Shown here in pieces: positions 36,221 through 46,044 of a DNA stretch of 64,000 nt. The translations under genes and the position numbers were made by a program. Position 1 is the first letter of the stretch, and every line of letters starts with the position of its first letter. This stretch comes from a virus: positions 32,001 to 96,000 of IMG/VR virus record IMGVR_UViG_3300043411_001639. The stretch is one strand, 5' to 3'. The notes beneath the pieces are model-generated. The model did not search any database. It saw only the letters and a list, made by a program, of their open reading frames with translations, and had not been told where the DNA came from.

Positions 36221-37324
36221 ATGGCATACGATTTTAGAGCTAATCAAATCAGAACCGAAAAACTTATTGTTTCTTCAGCCTTGGGACAACATAGGATACT
36301 TATATATCCTGTTGATGTTGCAACGGATTTGCAAGGAACAGTAGGTTTTAACACATCAGCAATTGGAACTGATATATTGTTTTTTGTCTCAGGTGCCAAG
36401 GGAGGAAGAGGAGGAGCAACAGCAAATGTAGGATTGTTTGGAGGTGATCTTGTTGTATCAGGCAACTTGATATTATTATCTGGATTGTCGGGTTCTTTGC
36501 AGAGACTTAGTTCCGGGATTCCTTATTTGCTAGCAGGACCAAATATCAATGTAGTTACAAACTCACTAGGACAGATAGAAATTAGTAGTTCGGCGGGTGC
36601 TTCTGATCCTAGCCCTTGGAAAGAATCAAATGGAATCAACATTCAAACAACTTCTTCAGTTGCCATAACAGGCAATCCTCTGTTTTTTGCTCCAGATGTT
36701 GGTTCTGATGTTTATTTTTATGTCTCAGGAAGTTCTACGAAAAAAGCTGTTTTTGGTGGAGATGTTGTTCTGTCGGGTTCTTTTCTTGTTGGAAACAACA
36801 ATTCTATTAACAAAATAAACGGGCAACTGTCTGGTTCAATCAGAAATACAGTTGATGGACTTGCATTTTTAACTGGTTCTGGTGCTACAATAAACATCAA
36901 CTATAACACAGTAGGACAATATGAAATTTCATGTTCTACACCTTTGTTTTATTCCCAAAGTCTTATTAAACGAATAGAGTTGTCTGGTTATCAAACAACT
37001 AGTTCTAGTATATCAACTAGAATTGGAGGCACATATTTTAGAGTTCAAGACTATACAAATCCAGGTTTTATAAGTTCTAGTATTTTTGAATCAGTTGGTT
37101 TTGTTACCGCAGGAACAGGATCTATAAGTTTATACAACATTACTGATTCTATTATTGTTTCTTCTTTGAATTTTTCTGAGACCTCTGACACTTATAAATC
37201 ACAAGCATTTGTTTTGAATTCAACTGCTTCTGTTATTTTAGAAGTAAGATGCAATTATGTTTCTGGTTCTAGTTTTGACTATGCTGGTTTTATGGGGACT
37301 AAAATATGCATTAATTACTCATAG
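36221..37324 (+). CDS. tail-fibre-like structural protein
   Basis: duplicated FxVSG..FGGDxVxSG unit; SGS-rich. Confidence 0.7.
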   Translation: MAYDFRANQIRTEKLIVSSALGQHRILIYPVDVATDLQGTVGFNTSAIGTDILFFVSGAKGGRGGATANVGLFGGDLVVSGNLILLSGLSGSLQRLSSGIPYLLAGPNINVVTNSLGQIEISSSAGASDPSPWKESNGINIQTTSSVAITGNPLFFAPDVGSDVYFYVSGSSTKKAVFGGDVVLSGSFLVGNNNSINKINGQLSGSIRNTVDGLAFLTGSGATININYNTVGQYEISCSTPLFYSQSLIKRIELSGYQTTSSSISTRIGGTYFRVQDYTNPGFISSSIFESVGFVTAGTGSISLYNITDSIIVSSLNFSETSDTYKSQAFVLNSTASVILEVRCNYVSGSSFDYAGFMGTKICINYS

Positions 37325-37338
37325 AACTAATTAGTTCT

Positions 37339-38280
37339 ATGACTGTTATAATTTCTGCCTCATTAATAACAACGGGAGATGAAGCTGTTTTTAGTTTAAA
37401 ATCACTATTAAAAGATGCTAGCTGGATTGTTTCTGGTAGTTCTGATAGTGTGACTTATAATGGTACTGGAGATCTACTCAGCGCAAGTGCAAACCTTTCA
37501 AATCCTGAAGCATGGTTTAGAATCATTGCCTCAGATAACAGTAGACAGTGGACATTCCAAAGGGGTTCAAGTGCACAAAACTGGACTATAAAAAGAAGTA
37601 AGACAGGTTTTACAGGCTCCTCTGATGCCACAAAACCTCCTTTTGATTCCGAGGCTCATACTTTAATCAGTGCATCAACTGTGTTTCCTGCTTCTGTTGA
37701 CAATTGGTTGGTTTCAGCAGTTAGTGGTTCTTCAGTAGGAGAATTCTCAGATCTTTCTTGGTTTGCTTTTAGTGTTGTAAACGGTGGTGGAAATATAAAA
37801 ACATTTTTATTTGACGAGGCTTTACTCTCAGGTTCTTATGTCGCAGAAGACCAAGATCCTTATATTTGGGGATTTTACTATGATGGAACAGGATTCAACA
37901 CTGTGAATTTTAGCATCTCAAGATTTAATGCAAGGAGTTGGAAAAGATTTAGACATAATCTTTCAACTCCTTCTTTTGAAGATGTTACTTTTTTTACCTA
38001 TACTTCTTCAGGTTTAACAATTACTCCTCCTGGTGATTGGAACTCAAATCTTGGATTAAATCCTTACAGTTCAACAGAAATACCTTTATTTATTCCGGTA
38101 GCTGTCCCAAATGATGGAAGTGTAACAAACAGAGGTTGGGTAGGATATCCTACTAACCTAAAATGGTCCTCTGTTTTAACAAGAGCAAACGGACAAACTC
38201 TCAACTGTAGTAACACCAATTATTATATTTATTGTGGAGGTATCTGGGTAATGTGGAACTCCACTGCTCCAGCTATTTGA
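37339..38280 (+). CDS. structural protein (Ser/Trp/Gly-rich)
   Basis: composition and context. Confidence 0.65.
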   Translation: MTVIISASLITTGDEAVFSLKSLLKDASWIVSGSSDSVTYNGTGDLLSASANLSNPEAWFRIIASDNSRQWTFQRGSSAQNWTIKRSKTGFTGSSDATKPPFDSEAHTLISASTVFPASVDNWLVSAVSGSSVGEFSDLSWFAFSVVNGGGNIKTFLFDEALLSGSYVAEDQDPYIWGFYYDGTGFNTVNFSISRFNARSWKRFRHNLSTPSFEDVTFFTYTSSGLTITPPGDWNSNLGLNPYSSTEIPLFIPVAVPNDGSVTNRGWVGYPTNLKWSSVLTRANGQTLNCSNTNYYIYCGGIWVMWNSTAPAI

Positions 38281-38286
38281 TAAAAA

Positions 38287-38514
38287 ATGTCTAATTACTC
38301 TGGCAACATACTGACAAACAATTTAGAATCACCTTCTGGTAGAATAGTTTATTCTAGATCTCGTGGATCAAAAATAAACTTATCTAATTCATCAGGTACA
38401 GATGAAAACATCATAAGATTCTTTTATAGAACTTCTGGTGGAATGTTTTTAAATACTGTGACTTATTCAGAAATTCCTCATGATGCAGTGTTACTAAAGA
38501 CATTATATGAGTAA
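38287..38514 (+). CDS. hypothetical protein
   Basis: ORF track. Confidence 0.6.
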   Translation: MSNYSGNILTNNLESPSGRIVYSRSRGSKINLSNSSGTDENIIRFFYRTSGGMFLNTVTYSEIPHDAVLLKTLYE

Positions 38515-38567
38515 CTGTTTAATAACAAGTTATGTAGGAATCTCATTTACACCTTATACAATAGGTT

Positions 38568-38602
38568 AGTGTAATCCTATTCATATAGGGAGAGGAAGAG
38601 GG
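38568..38602 (+). repeat. about 35-bp dispersed repeat, copy 2, abutting the prim-pol start codon
   Basis: matches 7760-7794; contains a CCTAT-TCAT-ATAGG hairpin. Confidence 0.75.
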
Positions 38603-38603
38603 C

Positions 38604-40793
38604 ATGTTCTTAGAGATCTTAAAGAAGCATATTACTGATCATGGATTATACTGTTTGCCATTGGAAGGTACATTAGAAGGTGCTTGTAGTTGTGGGTCTA
38701 AAACCTGTACAAGCAGAGGAAAGCATCCTACAAAGCGTTTTTTCTGGAGTTATTCATCAAGAAATGAAAAACAGAAAGTAACTGGATGGTTTGATAACTG
38801 TCCTAATCCACACAATATTGGGGTTTTAACAGGAAGGAAATCAAAGATCAATGGAAAATATCTAGTTGTAATTGACATTGATTATGCATGTCCAGAATTA
38901 GTAGAAAAACTACCGCCAACATTTTCTTATAAAACAGGGAAACCAGACGGTATACATCTTTGGTTCTGGAGTGATAAAAGAATTAGCAACTCAGTAGGAC
39001 TGTTAGCACCAAAAGTTGATATCAGAGGTGAAAATGGCTATGTTGTTGTTCCTCCAAGTAGGCATCAAACAGGAAACATCTACACAGTTTTAAATGACTT
39101 AGAAATAGCAGACTTGCCTGTTTGGGTATCTGAAATACTTGAAACTAATAGAAAATCTATCAAACGTGATTCCAAAGAACAGAAAACTGTTAAATCAAAG
39201 GCTAATAAATCAAAACTACCATATGAAAACTGGACAGTTCTTGATGTTGATCAGATTGAAGAAAAACTAGAACTAGGAGAATTAATCCCAGTTGGGCAAA
39301 GAAACAACATTGTTTTTAAGTTGTTGACTGCTAAAAAAATATCAGGTGTAGAAGACGAACAACTTATAGAATATGCAATAGGAATAGCTTCAAGAGTTGA
39401 AGATCCAGAATCATATTCAGAACAAGAACTTCATGCGTCCATAAGATCTGTTGGTAAAATAACGACATACAAAAAAGACATTACTAAATTCAATGAAAAC
39501 TATGTTAAGTTTATTAAAAATACTTTTTATACTCAGAAACAACTTGATGTAGAGTTATACACAAAAACTCTAGATGATTCAGACAATGAATTTTTTGGTC
39601 TACTAACCCCAGAACAAGATAAGAAGAAGTTTGTTCTGTTAAAAGATTTGATGGAACTAAGATTAAACTGGTTGAAACAAGTTAAAGGATTAGAGCATGT
39701 TTCAAAATATGGAACAAATAGTTTCGCAGAAAAACTAATATTACTTGAGTTTAACAAACACAGAACAAGTAAGAACTGTTTTTGGAATGTAAATTTTGAG
39801 AAAGTAACTGAACAATTAAACCACATCATGCAAACAACATCTCAAACCACTAACAATATGTTCAAAGGAACTCCAGTAGAAGTTTATGTTCTCCCTTCTG
39901 TGACAACTATTTTTGTTACAGATTTCTTTAAAGAAGAAGTATCAGGAGGAGCGGAATTAACAACACAAGCTATTATAGATGTTTGTCCAACGGAACAAAA
40001 AAACTCTATAGCTAAAATTCATTCAGTTTCACTAACACCAAAAATGTTAACTAACTTATCAAAAAGACTGATAAAACCAACTTTGGTTTTCTGCAACTTT
40101 AGTCAAGTAGATGGGGATGTACTAAAGCATCTTGCTGAAACAAAGTGTTTAAACTATGTTGTAGTTGAATATGATTTAAAATACTGCGCCTATAGATCAG
40201 AACAACTTCATTTTCTTCAAACAAACGGAGCAGGTTGTGACTGCAAAGAAACTCAACACGGTAAAACAATGGCTAAGTTTTATTCTTCAGCTTCACATGT
40301 TTTTTGGATGGCTGAGAAACAGATAGAACTGTATGAAACTAAACTAGGGATAAAATTAAAAAACAAATCAACAGTTCTTAGTAGTTGTTTTACTGATGAA
40401 CAACTAGATCTGTTACTAACCCTTGGTAAAACCTATCTTAAAGAAAACAAACTAGCAGTCCTTGGTTCTGGAAGTTGGATCAAGGGAATAAAAGAGTCTG
40501 AAGCATGGTGTAAGGTACACAACAAATCCTATGCAACAATCCCGGCACTTGATTATTTTAGTTTTATTAAAAAACTTGCAGGGTTTAAAGGATTGGTATT
40601 CAAACCTCTTGACTATGACACTTGTCCAAGGCTAGTAATTGAAGCAAAGATCTTAGGTCTTGACTTATATCTTAACAACAATGTACTCCATAAAAATGAA
40701 AGTTGGTTTCAAAAGACACCTGAAGAGATAGTATTATATCTAAAAAACAATAAAATTATGTTTTGGAATTACTTGTTGGACAAACAGTGCTAA
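38604..40793 (+). CDS. bifunctional DNA primase/polymerase (Prim-Pol) fused to a GT-B (GT4-like) glycosyltransferase
   Basis: CSCG..C..GKHP, NIGVLTG, VIDID, GIHLWF, DIRGENGYVVVPPSRH, GQRNN; C-terminal DFF..GGAELT and DTCPRLVIEA. Confidence 0.8.
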   Translation: MFLEILKKHITDHGLYCLPLEGTLEGACSCGSKTCTSRGKHPTKRFFWSYSSRNEKQKVTGWFDNCPNPHNIGVLTGRKSKINGKYLVVIDIDYACPELVEKLPPTFSYKTGKPDGIHLWFWSDKRISNSVGLLAPKVDIRGENGYVVVPPSRHQTGNIYTVLNDLEIADLPVWVSEILETNRKSIKRDSKEQKTVKSKANKSKLPYENWTVLDVDQIEEKLELGELIPVGQRNNIVFKLLTAKKISGVEDEQLIEYAIGIASRVEDPESYSEQELHASIRSVGKITTYKKDITKFNENYVKFIKNTFYTQKQLDVELYTKTLDDSDNEFFGLLTPEQDKKKFVLLKDLMELRLNWLKQVKGLEHVSKYGTNSFAEKLILLEFNKHRTSKNCFWNVNFEKVTEQLNHIMQTTSQTTNNMFKGTPVEVYVLPSVTTIFVTDFFKEEVSGGAELTTQAIIDVCPTEQKNSIAKIHSVSLTPKMLTNLSKRLIKPTLVFCNFSQVDGDVLKHLAETKCLNYVVVEYDLKYCAYRSEQLHFLQTNGAGCDCKETQHGKTMAKFYSSASHVFWMAEKQIELYETKLGIKLKNKSTVLSSCFTDEQLDLLLTLGKTYLKENKLAVLGSGSWIKGIKESEAWCKVHNKSYATIPALDYFSFIKKLAGFKGLVFKPLDYDTCPRLVIEAKILGLDLYLNNNVLHKNESWFQKTPEEIVLYLKNNKIMFWNYLLDKQC

Positions 40794-40803
40794 ACTCACT
40801 GGT

Positions 40804-41667
40804 ATGAGTGAAATTGTAATCGTAGATACTAAAGTTCATCTACCTGTTCTTAGTTCAATTCCAGAAGAAGAAATGAAAAAACATGTTAGTTATTCAGAAC
40901 TGGCTGTTTGGGCAGGTTGTAACTTCAGACACAAGTTGAAATATGTTGACAAAATATCTCTTGATAAACCATCAGAACATACTTTGTTTGGACATGCAGG
41001 ACATGATATATTACAAGAGTATTTAAAAACTAGAGAGATTAAAGATCTAGATAAAGCAGTTGAAGCATTAACATTAAAATTTGCTGAAAACAACATAGTT
41101 GTAAAACAATCGGAATTCCAAGATACTCTTAAGCCTATCATGGAAGAAATACCTTCCTTCTTGGAAGAACATTTTAAAGACTGGACATTTGTTAGTTCAG
41201 AAGAACAGTTGTTTGAAACTATCAGTGGTACTACAAATGAAAGATCATTTAAAGGATTCGTTGACGGAATCATTCGTGTACCAAAATCATCTAGATTAAA
41301 AACAGGTAAATCAGATGAGTATGAGTATCATATTATTGACTGGAAATTTTGTGGATGGGGTTGGGATTTTAAAAAGAAAACAGATCCAATAAAAATCATG
41401 CAGTTGAGTTTATATAAACATTTTGTTGCACAAAAAATGAACATTGATCCAAAAGAAATAAGATGTGGTTTTGTTTTGCTAAAAAGACTACCAAAAAAAG
41501 GTGGTTCAAGATGTGAACTAGTTCCAATTAGTGTTGGTCCCAAAACAACCGAGTTTGCTTTAACTACACTTAAAACGATGTTGTTTTATGGTAAAAAAGG
41601 ACTATATCCAAAGAACAAAAACAACTGTTTGTATTGTGAATATAAAAACACTACTCACTGTCCTTGA
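40804..41667 (+). CDS. PD-(D/E)XK Cas4/RecB-like exonuclease
   Basis: SYS..C, FGHAGH, GFVDG, IIDWK, QLSLY, CLYCEY..CP. Confidence 0.88.
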   Translation: MSEIVIVDTKVHLPVLSSIPEEEMKKHVSYSELAVWAGCNFRHKLKYVDKISLDKPSEHTLFGHAGHDILQEYLKTREIKDLDKAVEALTLKFAENNIVVKQSEFQDTLKPIMEEIPSFLEEHFKDWTFVSSEEQLFETISGTTNERSFKGFVDGIIRVPKSSRLKTGKSDEYEYHIIDWKFCGWGWDFKKKTDPIKIMQLSLYKHFVAQKMNIDPKEIRCGFVLLKRLPKKGGSRCELVPISVGPKTTEFALTTLKTMLFYGKKGLYPKNKNNCLYCEYKNTTHCP

Positions 41668-41679
41668 AAGAAAACTACT

Positions 41680-42696
41680 ATGTTGATATCTTCTTATACT
41701 ACTTCAAGAAATGCAATAGAACTAAACTATCCTATCAGAGAATCTGTTAAATCATTATTAGGATTTTCCGACGAGGTAATAGTGTTTGATACTTCAGGAA
41801 CAACTCATACAGTTGATGAATTAACCAAATGTTTTAAACTAGAACCCAAAGTTAAAATCGTACATGAACCTTGGGATTGGACAGTTAAAAATTTTGGTGT
41901 TTTAGACGGTCAATCAAAAGCACAAGCTAGAAATTTGTGTAAAGGTCATATTCTATGGCAGAATGATAGTGATGAAATTGTTCATGAACAACATCAAAGT
42001 TTTATCAGACCTTTAATTGAAAGTTATAAAAACTGGGATAGCTATAGTTTGATAGGATTACCTGTTGTTGAGTTTTGGGGTTCTAGTGGGAAAGCTAGAA
42101 TTGATATAAATCCTTGGAAATGGAGAATTTCAATAAATGACAAAAAAATTACTCACGGTATTCCCGGTAGATATAGATTTTATGACAAAGATGGCTTGTT
42201 ATTTGCCAAACCCGGAACAGATGGTTGTGATTATATATACTCTGACTCACTAGTTCCTGTTCCTTGTGACTTGTCTGTTATGCATTATACAGATAGAGTG
42301 TTTGGTTTACAACAAGCTGCTATAACAAATGAAAAAGCTGCACACTTGTATGAAGGTTGGTTTAATATTATGTTGGCTGATACTCCAGGTGTGTTCCATT
42401 ATAGTTGGTGGAATATTGAAAGAAAAATAAAACACTATAGAGAGTTTTGGACTAAGTTCTGGCCGTCACTTTATAATGAATCAGTTGACGAAAGACAAAA
42501 TCCATTTTTCCCTGGAATGTTGTGGTCAGAAGTTTCTGATCAACAAATAAAACAAAAAGCACAAGAGTTAGAACAAGGTACAGGTGGTTGGATATTTCAT
42601 AAACCTTGGGATGGTACCAAACATTGTTCTATTAAACAAGTTAATATGGAACATCCAAAGTTTATCAAAGACTGGATAAGAACTATCAATGCTTAA
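41680..42696 (+). CDS. GT2-like glycosyltransferase
   Basis: DEVIVFD, ARNLC, DSDE, FHYSW. Confidence 0.8.
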   Translation: MLISSYTTSRNAIELNYPIRESVKSLLGFSDEVIVFDTSGTTHTVDELTKCFKLEPKVKIVHEPWDWTVKNFGVLDGQSKAQARNLCKGHILWQNDSDEIVHEQHQSFIRPLIESYKNWDSYSLIGLPVVEFWGSSGKARIDINPWKWRISINDKKITHGIPGRYRFYDKDGLLFAKPGTDGCDYIYSDSLVPVPCDLSVMHYTDRVFGLQQAAITNEKAAHLYEGWFNIMLADTPGVFHYSWWNIERKIKHYREFWTKFWPSLYNESVDERQNPFFPGMLWSEVSDQQIKQKAQELEQGTGGWIFHKPWDGTKHCSIKQVNMEHPKFIKDWIRTINA

Positions 42697-43585
42697 TACT
42701 ATCATATTCTCAAAAGATAGAGCTTGTCAACTTGAAGCTTTGTTAAGAACTTGGACAAATAATGTAACAGGAGTAGGAAATCTTGGTAAAACTCACATTA
42801 TCTGGAAAGCTTCAACTCCTGATTTTGAATTGGGATATCAAAAACTAATAGATTTATATCCTTGTTCAAAGCAGTTTAATTTTCTTAAAGAAGAATCATT
42901 TTCAGAACAAGTTTGTGAGTTGTTAGAAACATGTAACACAGCAACAGATCTTGTTATGTTTCTTGTTGATGATATCATGTTTAAAGAACCTTGGTGGCTA
43001 GACAAAGAACTAGAAGATCTATTAGTGATGAGTAAAGAAATATTTTGTTTATCACTCAGACTATCAGAACATATCAATTACTGTTATCCTACTTCATCAA
43101 TAGTTACCAAACCCTCCAGTTATACAGTATTGATAAATGGTTATTCTTGTGGTAATTTAGCTGAATTTGAATGGAAACATGGAGAAGGTGATTGGGGCTA
43201 TCCAATGTCACTAGATGGTCATGTGTTCAGAGCTAGTTTCATTAGACCAATAGTTTTTAAACTAAGAAAGTATTTTAACAATCCAAACTCACTTGAAAGT
43301 GTTCTATCAGAAACCTGTAACAGAGGAGTCTTTGATTATCTTCCTAAAATGTTATGTTATCATTTCAACAGTAAAATCATAAATATCCCAGCTAATAGAG
43401 TTCAAACCACTTGTCTTAACAAACACAATGACAACCTAACTCCAGAAGAACTTAACAAGTTGTTTGTAGAACTAAATCAAGTTGTTGATACTGACAAATT
43501 TTTTAAAATTAAAAACAACAGTCCTCACATGAACCTACCACTGGTATTACATGATGATCCCAGATCGGATATTATGTACCAATGA
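42689..43585 (+). CDS. GT-A-fold glycosyltransferase-like protein
   Basis: IIFSKDRACQL, MFLVDD, GYPMSLDGHVF. Confidence 0.7.
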   Translation: MLNTIIFSKDRACQLEALLRTWTNNVTGVGNLGKTHIIWKASTPDFELGYQKLIDLYPCSKQFNFLKEESFSEQVCELLETCNTATDLVMFLVDDIMFKEPWWLDKELEDLLVMSKEIFCLSLRLSEHINYCYPTSSIVTKPSSYTVLINGYSCGNLAEFEWKHGEGDWGYPMSLDGHVFRASFIRPIVFKLRKYFNNPNSLESVLSETCNRGVFDYLPKMLCYHFNSKIINIPANRVQTTCLNKHNDNLTPEELNKLFVELNQVVDTDKFFKIKNNSPHMNLPLVLHDDPRSDIMYQ

Positions 43586-44568
43586 ATGTTTTAGTGGTAG
43601 GAGGTGCAGGGTTTATAGGTTCTCACTTGGTTGAAGAGTTGTTGGAAACCCATTCAAACAGAGATCAACATCATGTATCAATAGTTGATGATCTTTCAAC
43701 AGGTTCTTTAAAGAATATTGAACATTTAAATTATTTTTCAAAATATAATATTGATCATAATAAAAACTATTCAAACTGTACTTTGCATAAAGAAAAAATC
43801 AATGATTATATTAAAGATCGTCCTAATGCTAAGTTTGACTATGTGTTTAGTCTGGCAGCCCAAACCAGTGTACCAGAAACAGTAGAAGATCCTGTAGGTT
43901 CAAACCATAAGAACGTTACAGAAACACTTGAGTTTGTTGATTGGGTTTTTACTAAATGTAAACCGAAGAAGTTTATCTGGTTTAGTTCAAGTGCTGTGTA
44001 TGGTAACAACATGTCTGTTAAAGAAAATCAACCATTCAAAAACAGCACTGTTAGTCCATATGCAATACAGAAAAAACTAATAGAGGATTACATAGAGTTT
44101 TATAGTAATAAACACAGAATACAATCCTTAGTTTTTAGACCTTTTAACGTGTTTGGAACAAGACAAAATCCTGATGGAAAATATCCAAACTTAATCTCTA
44201 GTTGGGGTAAAGCACTAGCAACTAATCAACCATTAATCATTTATGGGTCTGGAGAACAAAAAAGAGATTTTGTTTCTGTCAAACAACTAGTAAAAAAGGT
44301 TTTATCAGATGTTTCAGTCACTGATTATCCAACTTTTATTGTCAAAGATATTGGAACAGGATTTAATTTTAGTGTAAATGAGATTTTATCTTTAGTAAGA
44401 AGTGAAATTGATTCTTGCCTTTTAGTAAAGTTTTTTCCTGAAAGACTTGGAGAAGTTAAAGAAACTTTGTCTGCAACAAAACTAGATCATTCTTCAAACA
44501 AACTTAAAATATGTAAAGAGATAGTTGATACTCTAGAATGGTATATGGTAAACTATGCAGTTTCATGA
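43582..44568 (+). CDS. NAD-dependent nucleotide-sugar epimerase/dehydratase
   Basis: GGAGFIGSHL, SSSAVYG, YAIQK, RPFNVFG, RDF. Confidence 0.92.
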   Translation: MNVLVVGGAGFIGSHLVEELLETHSNRDQHHVSIVDDLSTGSLKNIEHLNYFSKYNIDHNKNYSNCTLHKEKINDYIKDRPNAKFDYVFSLAAQTSVPETVEDPVGSNHKNVTETLEFVDWVFTKCKPKKFIWFSSSAVYGNNMSVKENQPFKNSTVSPYAIQKKLIEDYIEFYSNKHRIQSLVFRPFNVFGTRQNPDGKYPNLISSWGKALATNQPLIIYGSGEQKRDFVSVKQLVKKVLSDVSVTDYPTFIVKDIGTGFNFSVNEILSLVRSEIDSCLLVKFFPERLGEVKETLSATKLDHSSNKLKICKEIVDTLEWYMVNYAVS

Positions 44569-45307
44569 AAAATTAGGGGTTTTAATTCCCGTACATAACG
44601 CAGAAGAAACAATAGTAAGAAGTCTTCGCTCCGTAGTTGATGCTTGTAAATTATCAAAGGTTGAAACCAAGATAGTAGTTGTTTTAAACGGCTGTACAGA
44701 TAACACTCTTATAGAGGTAATGAATTTTAGTGAATCTCAAACAAAAGATTCAAACATTGTTATTGAAGAAACATTTTCTGAAAAAGGTCTTGTTCCTGCT
44801 TTAAACAAGGGATTACAATCTCTAATTAACAAGGGTTGTTCATTAATAGCAAGACAAGACGCAGATGATAGTTGGCATAAAAACAAAATAGTTAAACAAC
44901 TAGCTTATCTTCAAGAACATAAAACTGTAGATATTTTAGGTACACAGATCAACTTAGTAACACCTGGAACATGGGAAACATTGGAAAGAACTCATAACCC
45001 AACAACTCATGTAAACATAAAAGAATGGTTACTAAGAGGACATAATCCTATAGCTCATCCTTCTGTTGTGTTTAGAACATCAATTTTGAATAAACTTGGT
45101 GGTTATCAAGACTTGTTTCCAATGGCAGAAGATCTATGGTTATGGAGCAGTGCTGTTATAGCAGGATATAATCTTGCTAATCTTCCAGATGTTCTTGTTG
45201 ATTATACCAGTGTTCACAATCCAAACTATAATCCAAAGTCACCAAAGGTATTGGCAAATTGTTTGGGGAATATATTAGGAGCTCATTTGAATGAATCACA
45301 ACAATAA
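44555..45307 (+). CDS. GT2 glycosyltransferase
   Basis: LIPVHNAE, IARQDADD, HPSV, AEDLWLW. Confidence 0.92.
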   Translation: MQFHEKLGVLIPVHNAEETIVRSLRSVVDACKLSKVETKIVVVLNGCTDNTLIEVMNFSESQTKDSNIVIEETFSEKGLVPALNKGLQSLINKGCSLIARQDADDSWHKNKIVKQLAYLQEHKTVDILGTQINLVTPGTWETLERTHNPTTHVNIKEWLLRGHNPIAHPSVVFRTSILNKLGGYQDLFPMAEDLWLWSSAVIAGYNLANLPDVLVDYTSVHNPNYNPKSPKVLANCLGNILGAHLNESQQ

Positions 45308-46040
45308 ACGAATTGCCTTGATGTTGATTGCTACGAACAAATATACCGACTTTGTTAAACCATTACTAAAATCAGTTGATAAATGGTTTTTAACAGATCA
45401 TAAAGTTGATGTGTATTTGTTTACAAACTTAGTTGATGAAAAAAGAGTGATTGACCTATTAGAAGAATATAGACCTATCAACAGAGTATCATTAGCGGTT
45501 AGAGAAATAGAGCATCAACCTTGGCCTATGATGACTTTATTGAGATACAACATGTTTAAGTCAATAGAACAAGAACTAGAAGGAAACTATGACTATATTT
45601 TCTACTCAGACGTAGATATGTTATTTGTTGATAAAGTTGGTGATGAGGTACTAGGTACAGGATTAACTGCTACTGTTCATCCTGGGTTTTACAACAAACC
45701 AAGAGAACAGTTTACCTATGAAACTAATCCTCTCAGTTACGCCTATATCCAACCAGACCAAGGAAGATTTTATTTTGCTGGAGGGTTTCAAGGTGGAACT
45801 ACTGAGTCATTTTTAACAGCTATCAGAGAATGTTCTAGTGGTGTTACTGCTGATCTTTCAAATAGAATCATAGCTGTTTGGCAAGATGAGTCACACTGGA
45901 ACAGATACCTTAGTGACTATAAAGGAAAATTAACTAAGTTGTCTCCTAGCTACTGTTTTCCTGAATCTTGGAATCATCTACCATTCCAAAGAAAACTGCT
46001 AGCACTAGACAAAGACCATAAAGAATTTAGGAAAGAATAA
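45291..46040 (+). CDS. GT6 (ABO-like) glycosyltransferase
   Basis: IATNKY, WP..TLLRY, DVDM, HPGFY, YFAGGFQGG, AVWQDESHWN, LSPSY. Confidence 0.92.
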   Translation: MNHNNKRIALMLIATNKYTDFVKPLLKSVDKWFLTDHKVDVYLFTNLVDEKRVIDLLEEYRPINRVSLAVREIEHQPWPMMTLLRYNMFKSIEQELEGNYDYIFYSDVDMLFVDKVGDEVLGTGLTATVHPGFYNKPREQFTYETNPLSYAYIQPDQGRFYFAGGFQGGTTESFLTAIRECSSGVTADLSNRIIAVWQDESHWNRYLSDYKGKLTKLSPSYCFPESWNHLPFQRKLLALDKDHKEFRKE

Positions 46041-46044
46041 TACA

